Assembly (NCBI GenBank): GCA_964503625.1
Contig: CAZDAU010000001.1
Location: forward strand, 2,101 to 66,100
Origin: an uncultured Anaerolinea sp.
GTDB taxonomy: Bacteria > Chloroflexota > Anaerolineae > Anaerolineales > UBA4823
Length of the DNA stretch: 64,000 nt
Direction of reading: 5' to 3'
Part shown: piece by piece, positions 8,791-18,071 of the stretch
How positions within the stretch are numbered: position 1 is the first letter of the stretch
Layout of the letters: every line of letters starts with the position of its first letter
The notes under the pieces: generated by a model
What the model was told of the DNA's origin: nothing
The model's database searches: none
The model's input: only the letters and a program-made list of their open reading frames with translations
Position numbers and translations under genes: made by a program

Positions 8791-9297
8791 CTATGAACTG
8801 GCAAAGCGGATATTCATTCGCCCATCTTCGCTGTACCAGGTATGACCAGAAAACGGCGGATCAGTGGGTCGCATTTGCAAGACCCGTGGCAGCAAGATAT
8901 GCAGGTCTTCGACCAGGGGCAGCCCAGCCAGACGGGACTGGGCCACCCACTCTGGCACGCCCTCCGAGCCAGCGATCAACTCGCCTTGTGGGCGCTCACC
9001 ACCCAGGACATACATGCCAACGCCTGTCTCTGGGCCGACATCGATGGTCATCACACCGCACAGGCGCAATTCGGCCGATAAACCGGTCTCTTCCAGCAAC
9101 TCCCGCCGCCCGGCGGATAAAACATCTTCGCCCCGCTCCACATGCCCACCAACGCCATTATACAGGTTGGCCCACAGGCGTTTGTGCGCTGCCCCGCGGA
9201 TCAATAAAACCTCTTCACCTTTGGTGACAAAGATCAGCACACGCGGCACCAGCGTGTAGCGGCCAGCCAGAATTCCTTGGTCTGTATCTGGCATCAT
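8791..9297 (-). CDS. NUDIX hydrolase
   Basis: 168 aa with Nudix box GGHVERGEDVLSAGRRELLEETGL. Confidence 0.85.
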   Translation of the reverse strand: MMPDTDQGILAGRYTLVPRVLIFVTKGEEVLLIRGAAHKRLWANLYNGVGGHVERGEDVLSAGRRELLEETGLSAELRLCGVMTIDVGPETGVGMYVLGGERPQGELIAGSEGVPEWVAQSRLAGLPLVEDLHILLPRVLQMRPTDPPFSGHTWYSEDGRMNIRFASS

Positions 9298-9340
9298 CCT
9301 TGTTTCCAGGTGCGTCGCACCTTAATTCCAACTCACTTCA

Positions 9341-10762
9341 TCAATCTGCCAGGTCAGAGACATCTTCATCGCCAGCCGCGTCGCCTAGATAAAATTTCAA
9401 GCTGGGATTCACAGCAACCGGTTTAATGGTCTGATCGACAAATTTGCGCGTCTCTTTCAGCCCAAGCAAAGTGAACAGTCGGGTGAATTGGGCTTCCCAG
9501 GCCTGGCCAATCTCAGCCTTCTTTTCAGCCGGCATCCGCCAGGTTTGCTGCTTGAACGGCCCAATGGCATTCTTGCGGGTCTTGTAATAGAATTGCTCGT
9601 CGGTCATATCGGGCTTGCGCTCCGCAGCGCTCTTCTCGTCGAGGTAGGCGTACATGGCAGCGCGCAATTCAGGCGGCAGGCGGTCAAAGAGCATGTTCTG
9701 AAAGTTGGTGGCCAGGTGGACTTCTACGGCTTCGGATTCAACAAATTTTCCAAAGGCTTCCTCGGGCAACGTAGAAGCACCGTGCTGAACCGCCCCGCCC
9801 ATGCCGTATTCATCCCGGGCAATGCGGCTGAGTTTCAACAGGGTGTCAAAATCCACGCTGACCTTGGCAATCGAGCCATCTGGCAGCACTACCCCGCCAT
9901 GAGAAGTGCCGGTCTGGATGCTGATTTTGCTGATGCCAGGTGCGCCAGGGGCAGCCTTCTCCAGCTCAACGTAGTACCCATCAATATAAGCGCACAGTTC
10001 TTCCTCGGTGGAATTGTGCCCGCCCACTTCGCCGATCTCGCCTCCAACCGAAATGGTGACCCCTTGCGGCTCATGACTGCGGATAAAAGCGGTGTACATC
10101 GCCGAGAGACGGGCGTTGAGCGCCTGCTGCTCGGGGATTGTGGGCTGGGTCAGGTCCACCAGGGTAGAAGTGTCGATGTCGATATTATAAAAACCGGCCG
10201 CGATCGCCTCCAGAATCAGGTCTTTGACAGCCTTAATCTCGGCTTCGGGATCGCTGGCATAGCGCTTGGCTGAAACCTGAAAATGGTCGCCCTGAATAAA
10301 GACCGGCCCGGAATAGCCTTCGGCGATGGCCGCGGCCAGGACGCTGCTGACATACTCAGCGGGACGTTGGTCGGTGTAGCCCATTTCAGAGCGGGCGATC
10401 TCAAAAATGAAGGGGCCGGCGTCCAACGCCAAGGCAGCCCTGAAGACCGCTCGGGCGGCGTCAAAGGTCAGGGCGCGCAAGTTGATGGCAGGCACGGTGA
10501 AGGTATTGGGCAATTCACCGCGACCGCGGGCAGTGTAGAGGTCCTGAATCGAAGCAGGGAGTATCCCCAACCCCAGAGCGGCCAGGCGCACCAGGTACCG
10601 GGCCGCGCCCTGGCGCGGGCCGCTCTCCAGGGCGGCAATTTCAGCCAGCTTGTGAATGCTGGCGCGCAGTCTGGCAGCATCTTTAATAACAGCTTTGCCA
10701 TCCTCCAATGCAAAGCTGTCCTCCGCCAGCGCCAAAAGATCATGAATCTCATTCAGGCTCAT
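9341..10762 (-). CDS. class II (metal-dependent) ketose/fructose-bisphosphate aldolase, long form
   Basis: 473 aa with class II aldolase-type motifs FIQGDHF, GEIGEVGG, QTGTSHGG, VQHGAST. AGGAG SD lies upstream of the ATG. A TATAAT at 10832-10827 (minus) is a likely -10. Confidence 0.7.
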   Translation of the reverse strand: MSLNEIHDLLALAEDSFALEDGKAVIKDAARLRASIHKLAEIAALESGPRQGAARYLVRLAALGLGILPASIQDLYTARGRGELPNTFTVPAINLRALTFDAARAVFRAALALDAGPFIFEIARSEMGYTDQRPAEYVSSVLAAAIAEGYSGPVFIQGDHFQVSAKRYASDPEAEIKAVKDLILEAIAAGFYNIDIDTSTLVDLTQPTIPEQQALNARLSAMYTAFIRSHEPQGVTISVGGEIGEVGGHNSTEEELCAYIDGYYVELEKAAPGAPGISKISIQTGTSHGGVVLPDGSIAKVSVDFDTLLKLSRIARDEYGMGGAVQHGASTLPEEAFGKFVESEAVEVHLATNFQNMLFDRLPPELRAAMYAYLDEKSAAERKPDMTDEQFYYKTRKNAIGPFKQQTWRMPAEKKAEIGQAWEAQFTRLFTLLGLKETRKFVDQTIKPVAVNPSLKFYLGDAAGDEDVSDLAD

Positions 10763-10871
10763 AAAAAACTCCTAATTTAAGAAGTATCGAAAAATCACGA
10801 TTGGAGCATTCTCATCCCAGCTAAAAATTATAACACGTCCAAAAGAGGCTCCTCAGGCAGAGGCCGAGAGC

Positions 10872-12116
10872 TTATCGGTAGGCTCGAACCACCAGCACTG
10901 CGTTGTGTCCACCAAAGCCAAAAGCATTGTTGATGGTCACTTCTACTCGCTGTTTCCGTGCCTCGTTGGGGATGTAGTCCAGATCGCAACGCGGATCCGG
11001 CGTCTGGTAGTGCACAGTTGGCGGCAGGCAGCCGGTTCGCACTGCCTGGACACAAAAGATCGTTTCCAGCGCTCCGGTAGCGCCCATCATGTGACCAGTC
11101 ATCGACTTTGTGGAGGAAACCGGTATCCGGTACGCCCATTCGCCCAGGGCAGCCTTGATCGCCCTGGTCTCAGACACATCATTCAGTTCGGTGCCGGTGC
11201 CGTGTGCATTGATATAGCCAACCTGCTCGGCGCTGACCCCAGCAACAGCCATTGCCTGGCGGATGGCTGCTGCGCCCCCGGAGCCATCTTCTGCCGGAGC
11301 GGTGATATGAAAGGCGTCCGCTGTGGACCCATAACCTGCAAGCTCAGCCAGGATCTCTGCCTTGCGCCTGCGGGCAAAGCTTTCGCGCTCCAGCACCAGC
11401 ACTGCCGCCCCTTCCCCCATCACCAGGCCATCCCGGTTTAGATCAAATGGCTGGGGCGTCATCGAATAATCGTCGTTGCGGCGCGACATTGCCCCCACCC
11501 GGTCAAACGTCCCCACGCCAATCTCAGTGATCGTGGCTTCGCTGGCACCCGCGATGGCGACATCGATCATCCCAGCCTTGAGCATCATCCAGGCAATGCC
11601 AATTCCATCCACCCCAGAGGCGCAGGCTGAAGCAACCGACATACTTGGGCCACGAAAACCGTAATCAATGGAGATCATCCCTGCGGCGCCGTTGGACATC
11701 AGCATGGGTATGGCAAAGGGGCTGAGCCGCCGCGGACCAACGGTGTTGAGAGTCATCGCGCCTTCATAAATGGTATTAATTCCCCCAATAGCCGAGGCCA
11801 GTATCACGCCCACCCGGCCACGCTCCTCCTCTGAAATGTCCAGGCCAGCCTGAGCAATCGCCTCCTTCACTGCAGCCGCAGCAAGCTGCTCAAAGCGATC
11901 CCTGCGGCGCGCATCTTTGGCATCCATGTAATTTTCTGGCACGAACCCCTTGACTTCGCAAGCGATGCGCACCAACAGGCGTGAGGCATCAAAAAGAGTG
12001 ATTGGTGCAACGCCGGAAACGCCGTTGAGGGCGTTTTCCCAACTCTCAGCCACCGAAAGCCCAATCGAATTGACCGTGCCCATCCCGGTCACCACAATCC
12101 GTTCCTGACTCATCAA
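10872..12116 (-). CDS. fabF: beta-ketoacyl-ACP synthase II
   Basis: 414 aa. Active-site SVASACASG, HGTGT, TGHMMGATG, NAFGFGGHNA. Confidence 0.9.
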   Translation of the reverse strand: MMSQERIVVTGMGTVNSIGLSVAESWENALNGVSGVAPITLFDASRLLVRIACEVKGFVPENYMDAKDARRRDRFEQLAAAAVKEAIAQAGLDISEEERGRVGVILASAIGGINTIYEGAMTLNTVGPRRLSPFAIPMLMSNGAAGMISIDYGFRGPSMSVASACASGVDGIGIAWMMLKAGMIDVAIAGASEATITEIGVGTFDRVGAMSRRNDDYSMTPQPFDLNRDGLVMGEGAAVLVLERESFARRRKAEILAELAGYGSTADAFHITAPAEDGSGGAAAIRQAMAVAGVSAEQVGYINAHGTGTELNDVSETRAIKAALGEWAYRIPVSSTKSMTGHMMGATGALETIFCVQAVRTGCLPPTVHYQTPDPRCDLDYIPNEARKQRVEVTINNAFGFGGHNAVLVVRAYR

Positions 12117-12123
12117 TTTCCTC

Positions 12124-13212
12124 CTAAAGCGATTTCAAACCCGAGCCCGTCAGCACAACCACGATGGGATCAGGCAGCTCACCAGAAACTTGATGCAATC
12201 CATTCCACACAATCGCTGAGGTTGGCTCAACATAAAACCCCAGTCGCGCCAGTTGGTCGCGTCCGGGCAGAATATCCGGTTCGTCCACCGCCGCCAGCAC
12301 ACCGTTCTGCATTGCCAGCATCTGCATCACTGCGTCGCCGCGAATGGGAAAGCGCACCCGCACACCCTCGGCCAGGGTTTCGTCTTCCGCCACCATGCCC
12401 AGCCCAGCCGCGCCATAGCGATACAGCGCCCACAGGGGGGCGCAGGCCAGGGCCTGCACACCAACCATCACCGGCAGGCGCTGGATCAGGCCGGAGGCCT
12501 TCAGAGCCGCAAAGCCGCGGGCAACAGCTAATAGCAGGTTGCCCTGGCCAACCGGCGCAACCACTGCTCCCGGCGCGCCGCCCATTTGCTCAAATAGCTC
12601 ATACGCCAGGGTTGCATAACCCACAAGCACCTGTGGCAGATAAGCATGGCTGGCATAGACAGCTCCCTGTTTGACCGCCTGCTCGGCTGCCATCGCAGCA
12701 TTGGAGCGCGGCCCCATAATTCGCGCCACCTGCGCGCCGTAACGTTCAATCTGGATGCGCTTTGGCCCTGAGGCCGAGTCGGGTACAAACACCCGGGCCT
12801 GGATGCCGGCCGCAGCGGCATAAGCGGCAAAGGAAGCCCCGGCGTTTCCGGATGAATCCTCAACAGCCGCCTCAACCCCACGCCCGCGGAGAAAGCCAAC
12901 CAGAACTGCCGAGCCGCGGTCTTTGTACGAGCCGGTTGGATTCAAAAATTCCAGCTTAAACGCCATTCGCCGCCCAAGGATCTCTCGCCACACCAGGGGC
13001 GTGTTGCCCTCCCCAATAGAAACCACAGGCGCTTCGTCTAAACCAAAGGTGTGCCGGTAGCGCCAGATTCCAGGCTGCGAGGCTTCCACTTTCCCTGGCA
13101 GATAAGCCGAAAGCGCGGTATAGTCATACACCCCAGAGCAGACCGGGCACCGATAGGGCACACCCTCCTTTGGATAGGGACGACGACAGCCCGTGCAGCA
13201 GATCTCAGTCAT
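12124..13212 (-). CDS. thrC: threonine synthase-like PLP enzyme with N-terminal zinc ribbon
   Basis: Start moved to ATG 13212 ([27 protein letters not shown] = CxxC...CxxC). PLP-Lys motif FLNPTGSYKDRG. The longer ORF to 13362 would overlap moaD-moaE by 158 nt and has an Arg-rich, non-protein-like N-terminus. Confidence 0.75.
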   Translation of the reverse strand: MTEICCTGCRRPYPKEGVPYRCPVCSGVYDYTALSAYLPGKVEASQPGIWRYRHTFGLDEAPVVSIGEGNTPLVWREILGRRMAFKLEFLNPTGSYKDRGSAVLVGFLRGRGVEAAVEDSSGNAGASFAAYAAAAGIQARVFVPDSASGPKRIQIERYGAQVARIMGPRSNAAMAAEQAVKQGAVYASHAYLPQVLVGYATLAYELFEQMGGAPGAVVAPVGQGNLLLAVARGFAALKASGLIQRLPVMVGVQALACAPLWALYRYGAAGLGMVAEDETLAEGVRVRFPIRGDAVMQMLAMQNGVLAAVDEPDILPGRDQLARLGFYVEPTSAIVWNGLHQVSGELPDPIVVVLTGSGLKSL

Positions 13213-13936
13213 TGCGCCCTGGCAGGTACTCGCCTTCAACCCACGCCTGGCCCTGGGGACCGATCTCCTTCTTCCAGACGGGCACAATCTCCTTAAGACG
13301 ATCAATTCCATAGCGCGCTGCTTCAAAAACCCCCGTATCGCGGTGCGCCGCAGTGCAGGCAATCAGCACAGTGGGTGTCATGGGATAGAGTTTGCCGATC
13401 CGCTGCACAATAGCAATTCCCTCCACGCTGCTCCAGCGGGAGCGAATTTCATCTGCTACCTGGCGCATTTTGGCCTCTGCCATGGGTTTATAGGCCTCGT
13501 ATTCAAGATAGAGCGTTTCATGCGGCTCGTCTCGGGCGGTAACACCCCGCACCATGCCGGTGAAGATGCAGGCTGCCCCGGTGCTGGGCAGGGTGATGCG
13601 CCGGAGCAGATCGTCCAGGTTCAGGTCGTCTTCGGTGATAGCAAAGACGGTTGGGCGATCCTGCCCAGCGCCGCCGCTGACCGGCGGGAAAACTGCCACT
13701 TCCGCCTCAGCCGGGATCTCCTGATCGTCGAAAGCAAACTCTTTGTTGACCGAAACAAGCATCGAGCCGGTCATCTCCTTCAAACCGGGTAACTTTGCTG
13801 CCAGCAAAGCTTTCAGATCCCCCACCCGCGCGCCCGGCGGTAGGTCCAGGGTGGTCTCCCTTGTGCCAGCCCGCTCCTTCAAAGTGGCAAAAAACAGCAC
13901 CCGGATCGGGTTCCGCGCCTCACTCACTGAAGACAT
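13205..13936 (-). CDS. moaD-moaE: fused molybdopterin synthase: MoaD (sulfur carrier) + MoaE (catalytic subunit)
   Basis: MoaD part [14 protein letters not shown]...[12 protein letters not shown], then linker AGQDRPTV. MoaE part FAITEDDL...[14 protein letters not shown]...YEAYKPMAE...IACTAAHRD...VPVWKKE. Start is ambiguous (GTG 13942, ATG 13936, GTG 13927). Confidence 0.85.
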   Translation of the reverse strand: MSSVSEARNPIRVLFFATLKERAGTRETTLDLPPGARVGDLKALLAAKLPGLKEMTGSMLVSVNKEFAFDDQEIPAEAEVAVFPPVSGGAGQDRPTVFAITEDDLNLDDLLRRITLPSTGAACIFTGMVRGVTARDEPHETLYLEYEAYKPMAEAKMRQVADEIRSRWSSVEGIAIVQRIGKLYPMTPTVLIACTAAHRDTGVFEAARYGIDRLKEIVPVWKKEIGPQGQAWVEGEYLPGRND

Positions 13937-14399
13937 CTCCACTCAGGCCGCCATGCTTTTCCACCAGGCGTATGTTTTGAATGTGCATTGTCTTATCCAC
14001 CGCTTTGGCCATATCATAAACCGTTAATGCCGCCACCGAGACGGCAGTCAGCGCCTCCATCTCAACGCCAGTCTTGCCCACCGTTCGGGCGGTGGCAATG
14101 ATCTGCACCCCGGGCAAATCGGGATCAGGGCTGATCACAACATCAATGTGGGTGAGCGGCAGCGGGTGACAAAGCGGGATCAGCTCGGCGGTGCGCTTGG
14201 CGCCCATCACCCCGGCCAGTTGAGCCACAGTCAACACGTCGCCTTTCTTCATCGCCCCTGCCTGAATCAGGGCGAAAGTCTCGGCGCGCATCTGCACTTC
14301 GCCCCGCGCCATAGCGCTGCGTTCCGTGTCCGGCTTGTACCCAACATCCACCATCCGGGCACGACCGTTTTCATCGAGATGTGAAAGTTGATTAGACAT
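13920..14399 (-). CDS. moaC: cyclic pyranopterin monophosphate synthase MoaC
   Basis: [27 protein letters not shown]...[10 protein letters not shown]...[20 protein letters not shown] 14399 is preferred over TTG 14405. Confidence 0.9.
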   Translation of the reverse strand: MSNQLSHLDENGRARMVDVGYKPDTERSAMARGEVQMRAETFALIQAGAMKKGDVLTVAQLAGVMGAKRTAELIPLCHPLPLTHIDVVISPDPDLPGVQIIATARTVGKTGVEMEALTAVSVAALTVYDMAKAVDKTMHIQNIRLVEKHGGLSGDVFSE

Positions 14400-14405
14400 A
14401 ACCAA

Positions 14406-14411
14406 ATTATA
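14406..14411 (-). promoter_or_regulatory. TATAAT -10 box 6 nt upstream of the moaC ATG (leaderless-type)
   Basis: Minus strand reads cgatTATAATttggttATG. No SD. Confidence 0.35.
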
Positions 14412-14502
14412 ATCGAGCCTGGCCCTTCTTAATGAAGCTGATTGCTGTATTTAATCATGAAACGATTTTCTATCAACCCAGGCCTGCCCTGAACGCCATA
14501 TT

Positions 14503-14532
14503 CTGCAGCGCTGCAGGCTGAAATGCTATAAT
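14503..14532 (+). promoter_or_regulatory. 14-bp palindrome CTGCAGCGCTGCAG abutting an extended -10 (TGcTATAAT) upstream of the ZIP transporter gene
   Basis: Palindrome at 14503-14516 and TGCTATAAT at 14524-14532, read directly. The ATG at 14601 has AAAGAGG as SD. Confidence 0.35.
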
Positions 14533-14600
14533 AAGACTAAAGCAAACAATTGCAACTTGGCTTTTCTAATTCACAAATATATCAACAAAGAGGCCCAAAG

Positions 14601-15413
14601 ATGATTGAATGGTTTGCAGCCCTTGGCCCCGTCACACAAGCGTTATTGGCAACCACCTTCACCTGGTTTGTCACCGCTCTTGGCGCAAGCGCAGTTTTTT
14701 TCTTTACAACCATCAACCGCACGCTGCTGGACGGGATGCTGGGCTTTGCCGCCGGGGTGATGATCGCCGCCAGCTTCTGGTCCCTGCTCGCACCAGCCAT
14801 CGAGATGGCGGAAGGCGGCTCTTTGCCCTCCTGGATACCGGCCACGGTCGGCTTCCTGCTCGGCGGCGGATTCCTCTGGGTGATTGACCGCATCTTGCCC
14901 CACCTACACCTGGGCTTTCCGATTGCAGAAGCCGAGGGCATCAAGACCAGCTGGCAGCGCAGCATATTGCTGGTGCTGGCCATCACCATGCACAATATCC
15001 CTGAGGGGCTGGCGGTGGGCGTGGCTTTCGGCGCGGTGGCCGCCGGGTTGGAATCGGCTGACCTGGCTGGAGCGATTGCCCTGGCGCTGGGCATCGGTCT
15101 GCAGAACTTTCCCGAGGGGATGGCGGTTTCCATCCCGCTCCGCCGCGAGAAGATGAGCAAGTTCAAAGCCTTCTGGTATGGTCAGCTTTCCGGCATGGTC
15201 GAGCCAATCGCCGGGGTGCTGGGCGCTGCTGCAGTGTTGCTGGTCCAGCCGCTGCTGCCCTACGCCCTGGCTTTCGCTGCCGGGGCCATGATCTATGTTG
15301 TGGTTGAAGAGCTGATTCCTGAGGCGCAGCTCGACAAGAAAACTGATGTGGCCACCTTTGGGTCCATGTTGGGATTTGCAGTGATGATGATGCTGGACGT
15401 GGCTTTAGGATAA
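14601..15413 (+). CDS. ZIP-family divalent metal (zinc) transporter
   Basis: About 270 aa with 8 TM helices. [10 protein letters not shown] and QNFPEGMAV motifs are typical of ZupT/GufA-type ZIP proteins. The start was chosen at the ATG with an SD (the ORF track starts at TTG 14550). Confidence 0.85.
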   Translation: MIEWFAALGPVTQALLATTFTWFVTALGASAVFFFTTINRTLLDGMLGFAAGVMIAASFWSLLAPAIEMAEGGSLPSWIPATVGFLLGGGFLWVIDRILPHLHLGFPIAEAEGIKTSWQRSILLVLAITMHNIPEGLAVGVAFGAVAAGLESADLAGAIALALGIGLQNFPEGMAVSIPLRREKMSKFKAFWYGQLSGMVEPIAGVLGAAAVLLVQPLLPYALAFAAGAMIYVVVEELIPEAQLDKKTDVATFGSMLGFAVMMMLDVALG

Positions 15414-15414
15414 A

Positions 15415-15885
15415 ATGCCCTGGATCTATTTCGGGCGCGATGAGCTGCCTGCACCCACATTGAAGCTCCCCACCCTGGTTGGCGAACTGGTCGAACCAGC
15501 CGATTTCCGTGGCACCTCCGCCCTGGTGCTGTTCTTCTCCCACGGACAGGCGTGCCGCGCCTGCCTCAGGCTCCACCAGGAGCTGGCCCAGGCTGCCGGC
15601 GCGCTGCGCGTCCAGGGCGCGGAGGGGGTGGTGGTATTGCCAGGAGCAAGCAAAGCTGCCTTGCCGGCAACCGGAGCCTTGCCTTACCTGATGGACGCAG
15701 CAGGCGCTCTTCGCCGGGCCTATACGGCCATCTTTGAGTTTGATGTCTCTAACCAGGCCATGCTTTTCATCCTCAATCAGTTTGGGGCCCCATTTCGCGC
15801 CTGGGTGGGCGATGAACCAGATCATGAGCTGATCCCCCAGATGCTTAAGTATCTTGAATCGGCAGCCTTGCTTTGCCCGGAGTGA
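15415..15885 (+). CDS. thioredoxin-fold (redoxin/AhpC-TSA-like) protein with CxxC
   Basis: 156 aa. PAPTLKLPTLVGELVEPADFRGTSALVLFFSHGQACRACL resembles a redoxin N-terminus with CRAC. It starts 1 nt after the ZIP stop. Confidence 0.55.
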   Translation: MPWIYFGRDELPAPTLKLPTLVGELVEPADFRGTSALVLFFSHGQACRACLRLHQELAQAAGALRVQGAEGVVVLPGASKAALPATGALPYLMDAAGALRRAYTAIFEFDVSNQAMLFILNQFGAPFRAWVGDEPDHELIPQMLKYLESAALLCPE

Positions 15886-15896
15886 GGCCACCCGGA

Positions 15897-15913
15897 ATGG
15901 CCCGGCGGGCCAT
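15897..15913 (+). terminator. GC-rich hairpin after the redoxin gene (weak terminator candidate, no U-tract)
   Basis: ATGGCCCG-G-CGGGCCAT palindrome 12 nt after the stop. Confidence 0.25.
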
Positions 15914-15998
15914 CTGCATAGCACCGTAAGCTCGTGGCAAACCCGCCGCGCTGGGGCAAAATCATTTGATATAATGGGAGCTTCGAAAAGCGAACCTT

Positions 15999-16910
15999 AT
16001 GGCAACCATATTTGCAAAATGGAAAGACGGGCTGGCCAAGTCCAGCAAAGCCGCCTTCGGGCAAATCGCCACCATCCTGGGGGCAAGCGAGATTGAACCG
16101 GAAACCTGGGATGACCTGGAAGCGCTGCTCATCCAGGCTGACCTGGGCGTGGACACCACCGATGCCATCCTGGATGCCCTGGAGCAACGCGTTGACCGCG
16201 AAGGCCTGACCAAAGCCAAAGACTTGAAAGAGGCCCTGCGCCAGGAGTTGCGCCGCACCCTGATCACCCCTCCAGAGCTGGACTTCAACGCCCAACCAAC
16301 AGTGATCTTGATCGTCGGTGTCAATGGCTCAGGCAAAACTACCAGCATCGCCAAGCTGGGCAAATGCTTTACCCAGAGCGGCAAAAGCGTGCTGCTCGGC
16401 GCGGCCGATACCTTCCGAGCCGCAGCGGTGGACCAGCTTGAGACCTGGGCCCAACGGCTTGACCTGCCCGTGATCTCCGGGCAAATGGGTGGCGATTCGG
16501 CTGCTGTGGCCTACGACACAGTCCAGGCGGCCGTCGCCCGAAAGGTGGATATTGCCCTGATTGACACCGCCGGCCGCCTGCACACCCGCCTCAACCTGAT
16601 GGAAGAGCTGAAAAAAGTTCATCGCGTGGTGGGCAAAGCGCTCCCTGGAGCGCCACATCATGTCTGGCTGGTCATGGACGCCACCACCGGCCAAAATGCC
16701 CTGCAGCAAGCCCGAGCTTTTAAGGAAGCGGTCAAAGTCACCGGGGTGATCCTGGCAAAGCTGGATTCGTCCGCCCGAGGCGGGATGGCTTTTGCCATCC
16801 AGCGTGAGCTGGGGCTGCCCATCCTTTTCGCCGGACTGGGCGAGAAGCCAGATGACCTGCAGCCCTTTGAGCCGGATGGGTTCGTGGACGGCATCATGGC
16901 CGAATTCTAA
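15999..16910 (+). CDS. ftsY: signal recognition particle receptor FtsY
   Basis: 303 aa. GVNGSGKTTSIAKLG, DTAGR, LAKLD GTPase motifs. TATAAT at about 15971. Confidence 0.9.
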   Translation: MATIFAKWKDGLAKSSKAAFGQIATILGASEIEPETWDDLEALLIQADLGVDTTDAILDALEQRVDREGLTKAKDLKEALRQELRRTLITPPELDFNAQPTVILIVGVNGSGKTTSIAKLGKCFTQSGKSVLLGAADTFRAAAVDQLETWAQRLDLPVISGQMGGDSAAVAYDTVQAAVARKVDIALIDTAGRLHTRLNLMEELKKVHRVVGKALPGAPHHVWLVMDATTGQNALQQARAFKEAVKVTGVILAKLDSSARGGMAFAIQRELGLPILFAGLGEKPDDLQPFEPDGFVDGIMAEF

Positions 16911-16960
16911 TAAACCCGACGGGGCTCTATAGCCTCAGGGTTTCACAACTGGAGAAAGAA

Positions 16961-18071
16961 ATGCAAGACCTGATTGATCGACTGCAAACTGCCCAAGAAA
17001 AGACCGCGCACCTGCTGGTGCGTCTTTGACTACCCCGTTAAAGAAGCCCAACTCCAAGAGCTGCAAAAGAAATCCGAAGCGCCCGACCTGTGGGATGACC
17101 CAGAAGTAGCGCGAGAGGTAATGAAGAAGCTGGCCCGGCTTCGCGATGAGGTCGAGGACTGGCGCAGCCTCGAACAGCGCGTTGCCGATGCCCTTGAGCT
17201 GGCCCGGCTTGAGGACGAAAGCCTGCGCCCCGACCTGGAAAGCGAGATCGAAGCGCTGGAAAAAGAGCTGGAACACCGTGAGTTGAAGGTGATGCTATCG
17301 GGGCCACACGACCACGGTGATGCCCTTCTGACCATCAACGCCGGCGCTGGCGGAACCGATTCGCAGGATTGGGCCGCCATGCTCCAACGCATGTATCTGC
17401 GCTGGTGCGAAAACCACGGCTATGAGACCGAGATCCTTGACACAACCGAAGGCGAAGAAGCAGGGATCAAAACTGCCACCATCGCCGTAAACGGCCCATA
17501 CGCTTTTGGTTATCTGCGCGCCGAGAAAGGCGTTCATCGCTTAGTGCGCCTATCTCCCTTTGACGCTGCCCACCGCCGGCACACCTCCTTTGCCCAGGTG
17601 GAGGTCCTTCCCCAGGTGGAGGACGAACATGAGATTGAAATCAACCCCAGCGACCTGCGCATCGACACTTACCGCTCGGCTGGGGCGGGCGGGCAGAATG
17701 TACAAAAGAACGACACCGCCGTGCGCATCACCCACCTGCCCACCGGGATTGTGGTGACCTGCCAGAACGAGCGCTCGCAAACCCAGAACCGGGAAAACGC
17801 CCTGCGCGTGCTGCGCGCCCGCCTGCTGGAGATGAAACAGGAAGAGCAGGAACGGCAACTGGCCGAGCTGCGCGGCGAATACACCAAAGCCGAATGGGGC
17901 AGCCAGATTCGTTCCTATGTGCTGCATCCATACCAGATGGTCAAAGATCACCGCACTGACTTCGAAGTGGGAAACGCTCAGGCCGTGCTGGATGGCGACC
18001 TGGACGAACTGATCGAGGCCTACCTGAGAGCGACGATGGGGAATGGCGGCTTGCAAGCGGATACGAAATAG
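16961..18071 (+). CDS. prfB: peptide chain release factor 2 (requires programmed +1 frameshift; join 16961..17026,17028..18071)
   Basis: ORF0 encodes MQDLIDRLQTAQEKTAHLLVRL and ends at CTT TGA C (17024-17030). The +1 frame continues DYPVKEAQLQELQKK...SPFD...GGQNVQK (GGQ motif). GGAGAAAG SD lies before ATG 16961. Confidence 0.9.
17015..17030 (+). other. prfB +1 frameshift site
   Basis: CUGGUG CGU CUU UGA C. An internal SD-like GGUG lies 3 nt before the slippery CUU, with an in-frame UGA followed by C, as in the E. coli prfB site. Confidence 0.85.

Noticed and set aside
10881-10891. tRNA T-arm-like string GGCTCGAACCA.
   Set aside because: It lies inside the 3' end of fabF. No acceptor stem, anticodon arm or D-arm can be drawn around it. 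No intergenic region in the window folds into a cloverleaf.
13213-13362. N-terminal 50-codon extension of the ThrC-like ORF.
   Set aside because: It would overlap moaD-moaE by 158 nt and its sequence ([41 protein letters not shown]) is not protein-like. The ATG at 13212 starts exactly at the zinc-ribbon motif seen at the N-terminus of archaeal-type ThrC. Similar trimming was applied to ORFs starting at 14550, 21897, 22130, 23346, 30464, 30928, 33069, 37217, 38161, 41020, 46550, 50456, 63515 and 63912.
14400-14460. A molybdenum-cofactor riboswitch upstream of moaC.
   Set aside because: The only good -10 box is 6 nt from the moaC ATG. This leaves no 5' UTR, and I could not recognise the long conserved Moco-RNA helices in the spacer.
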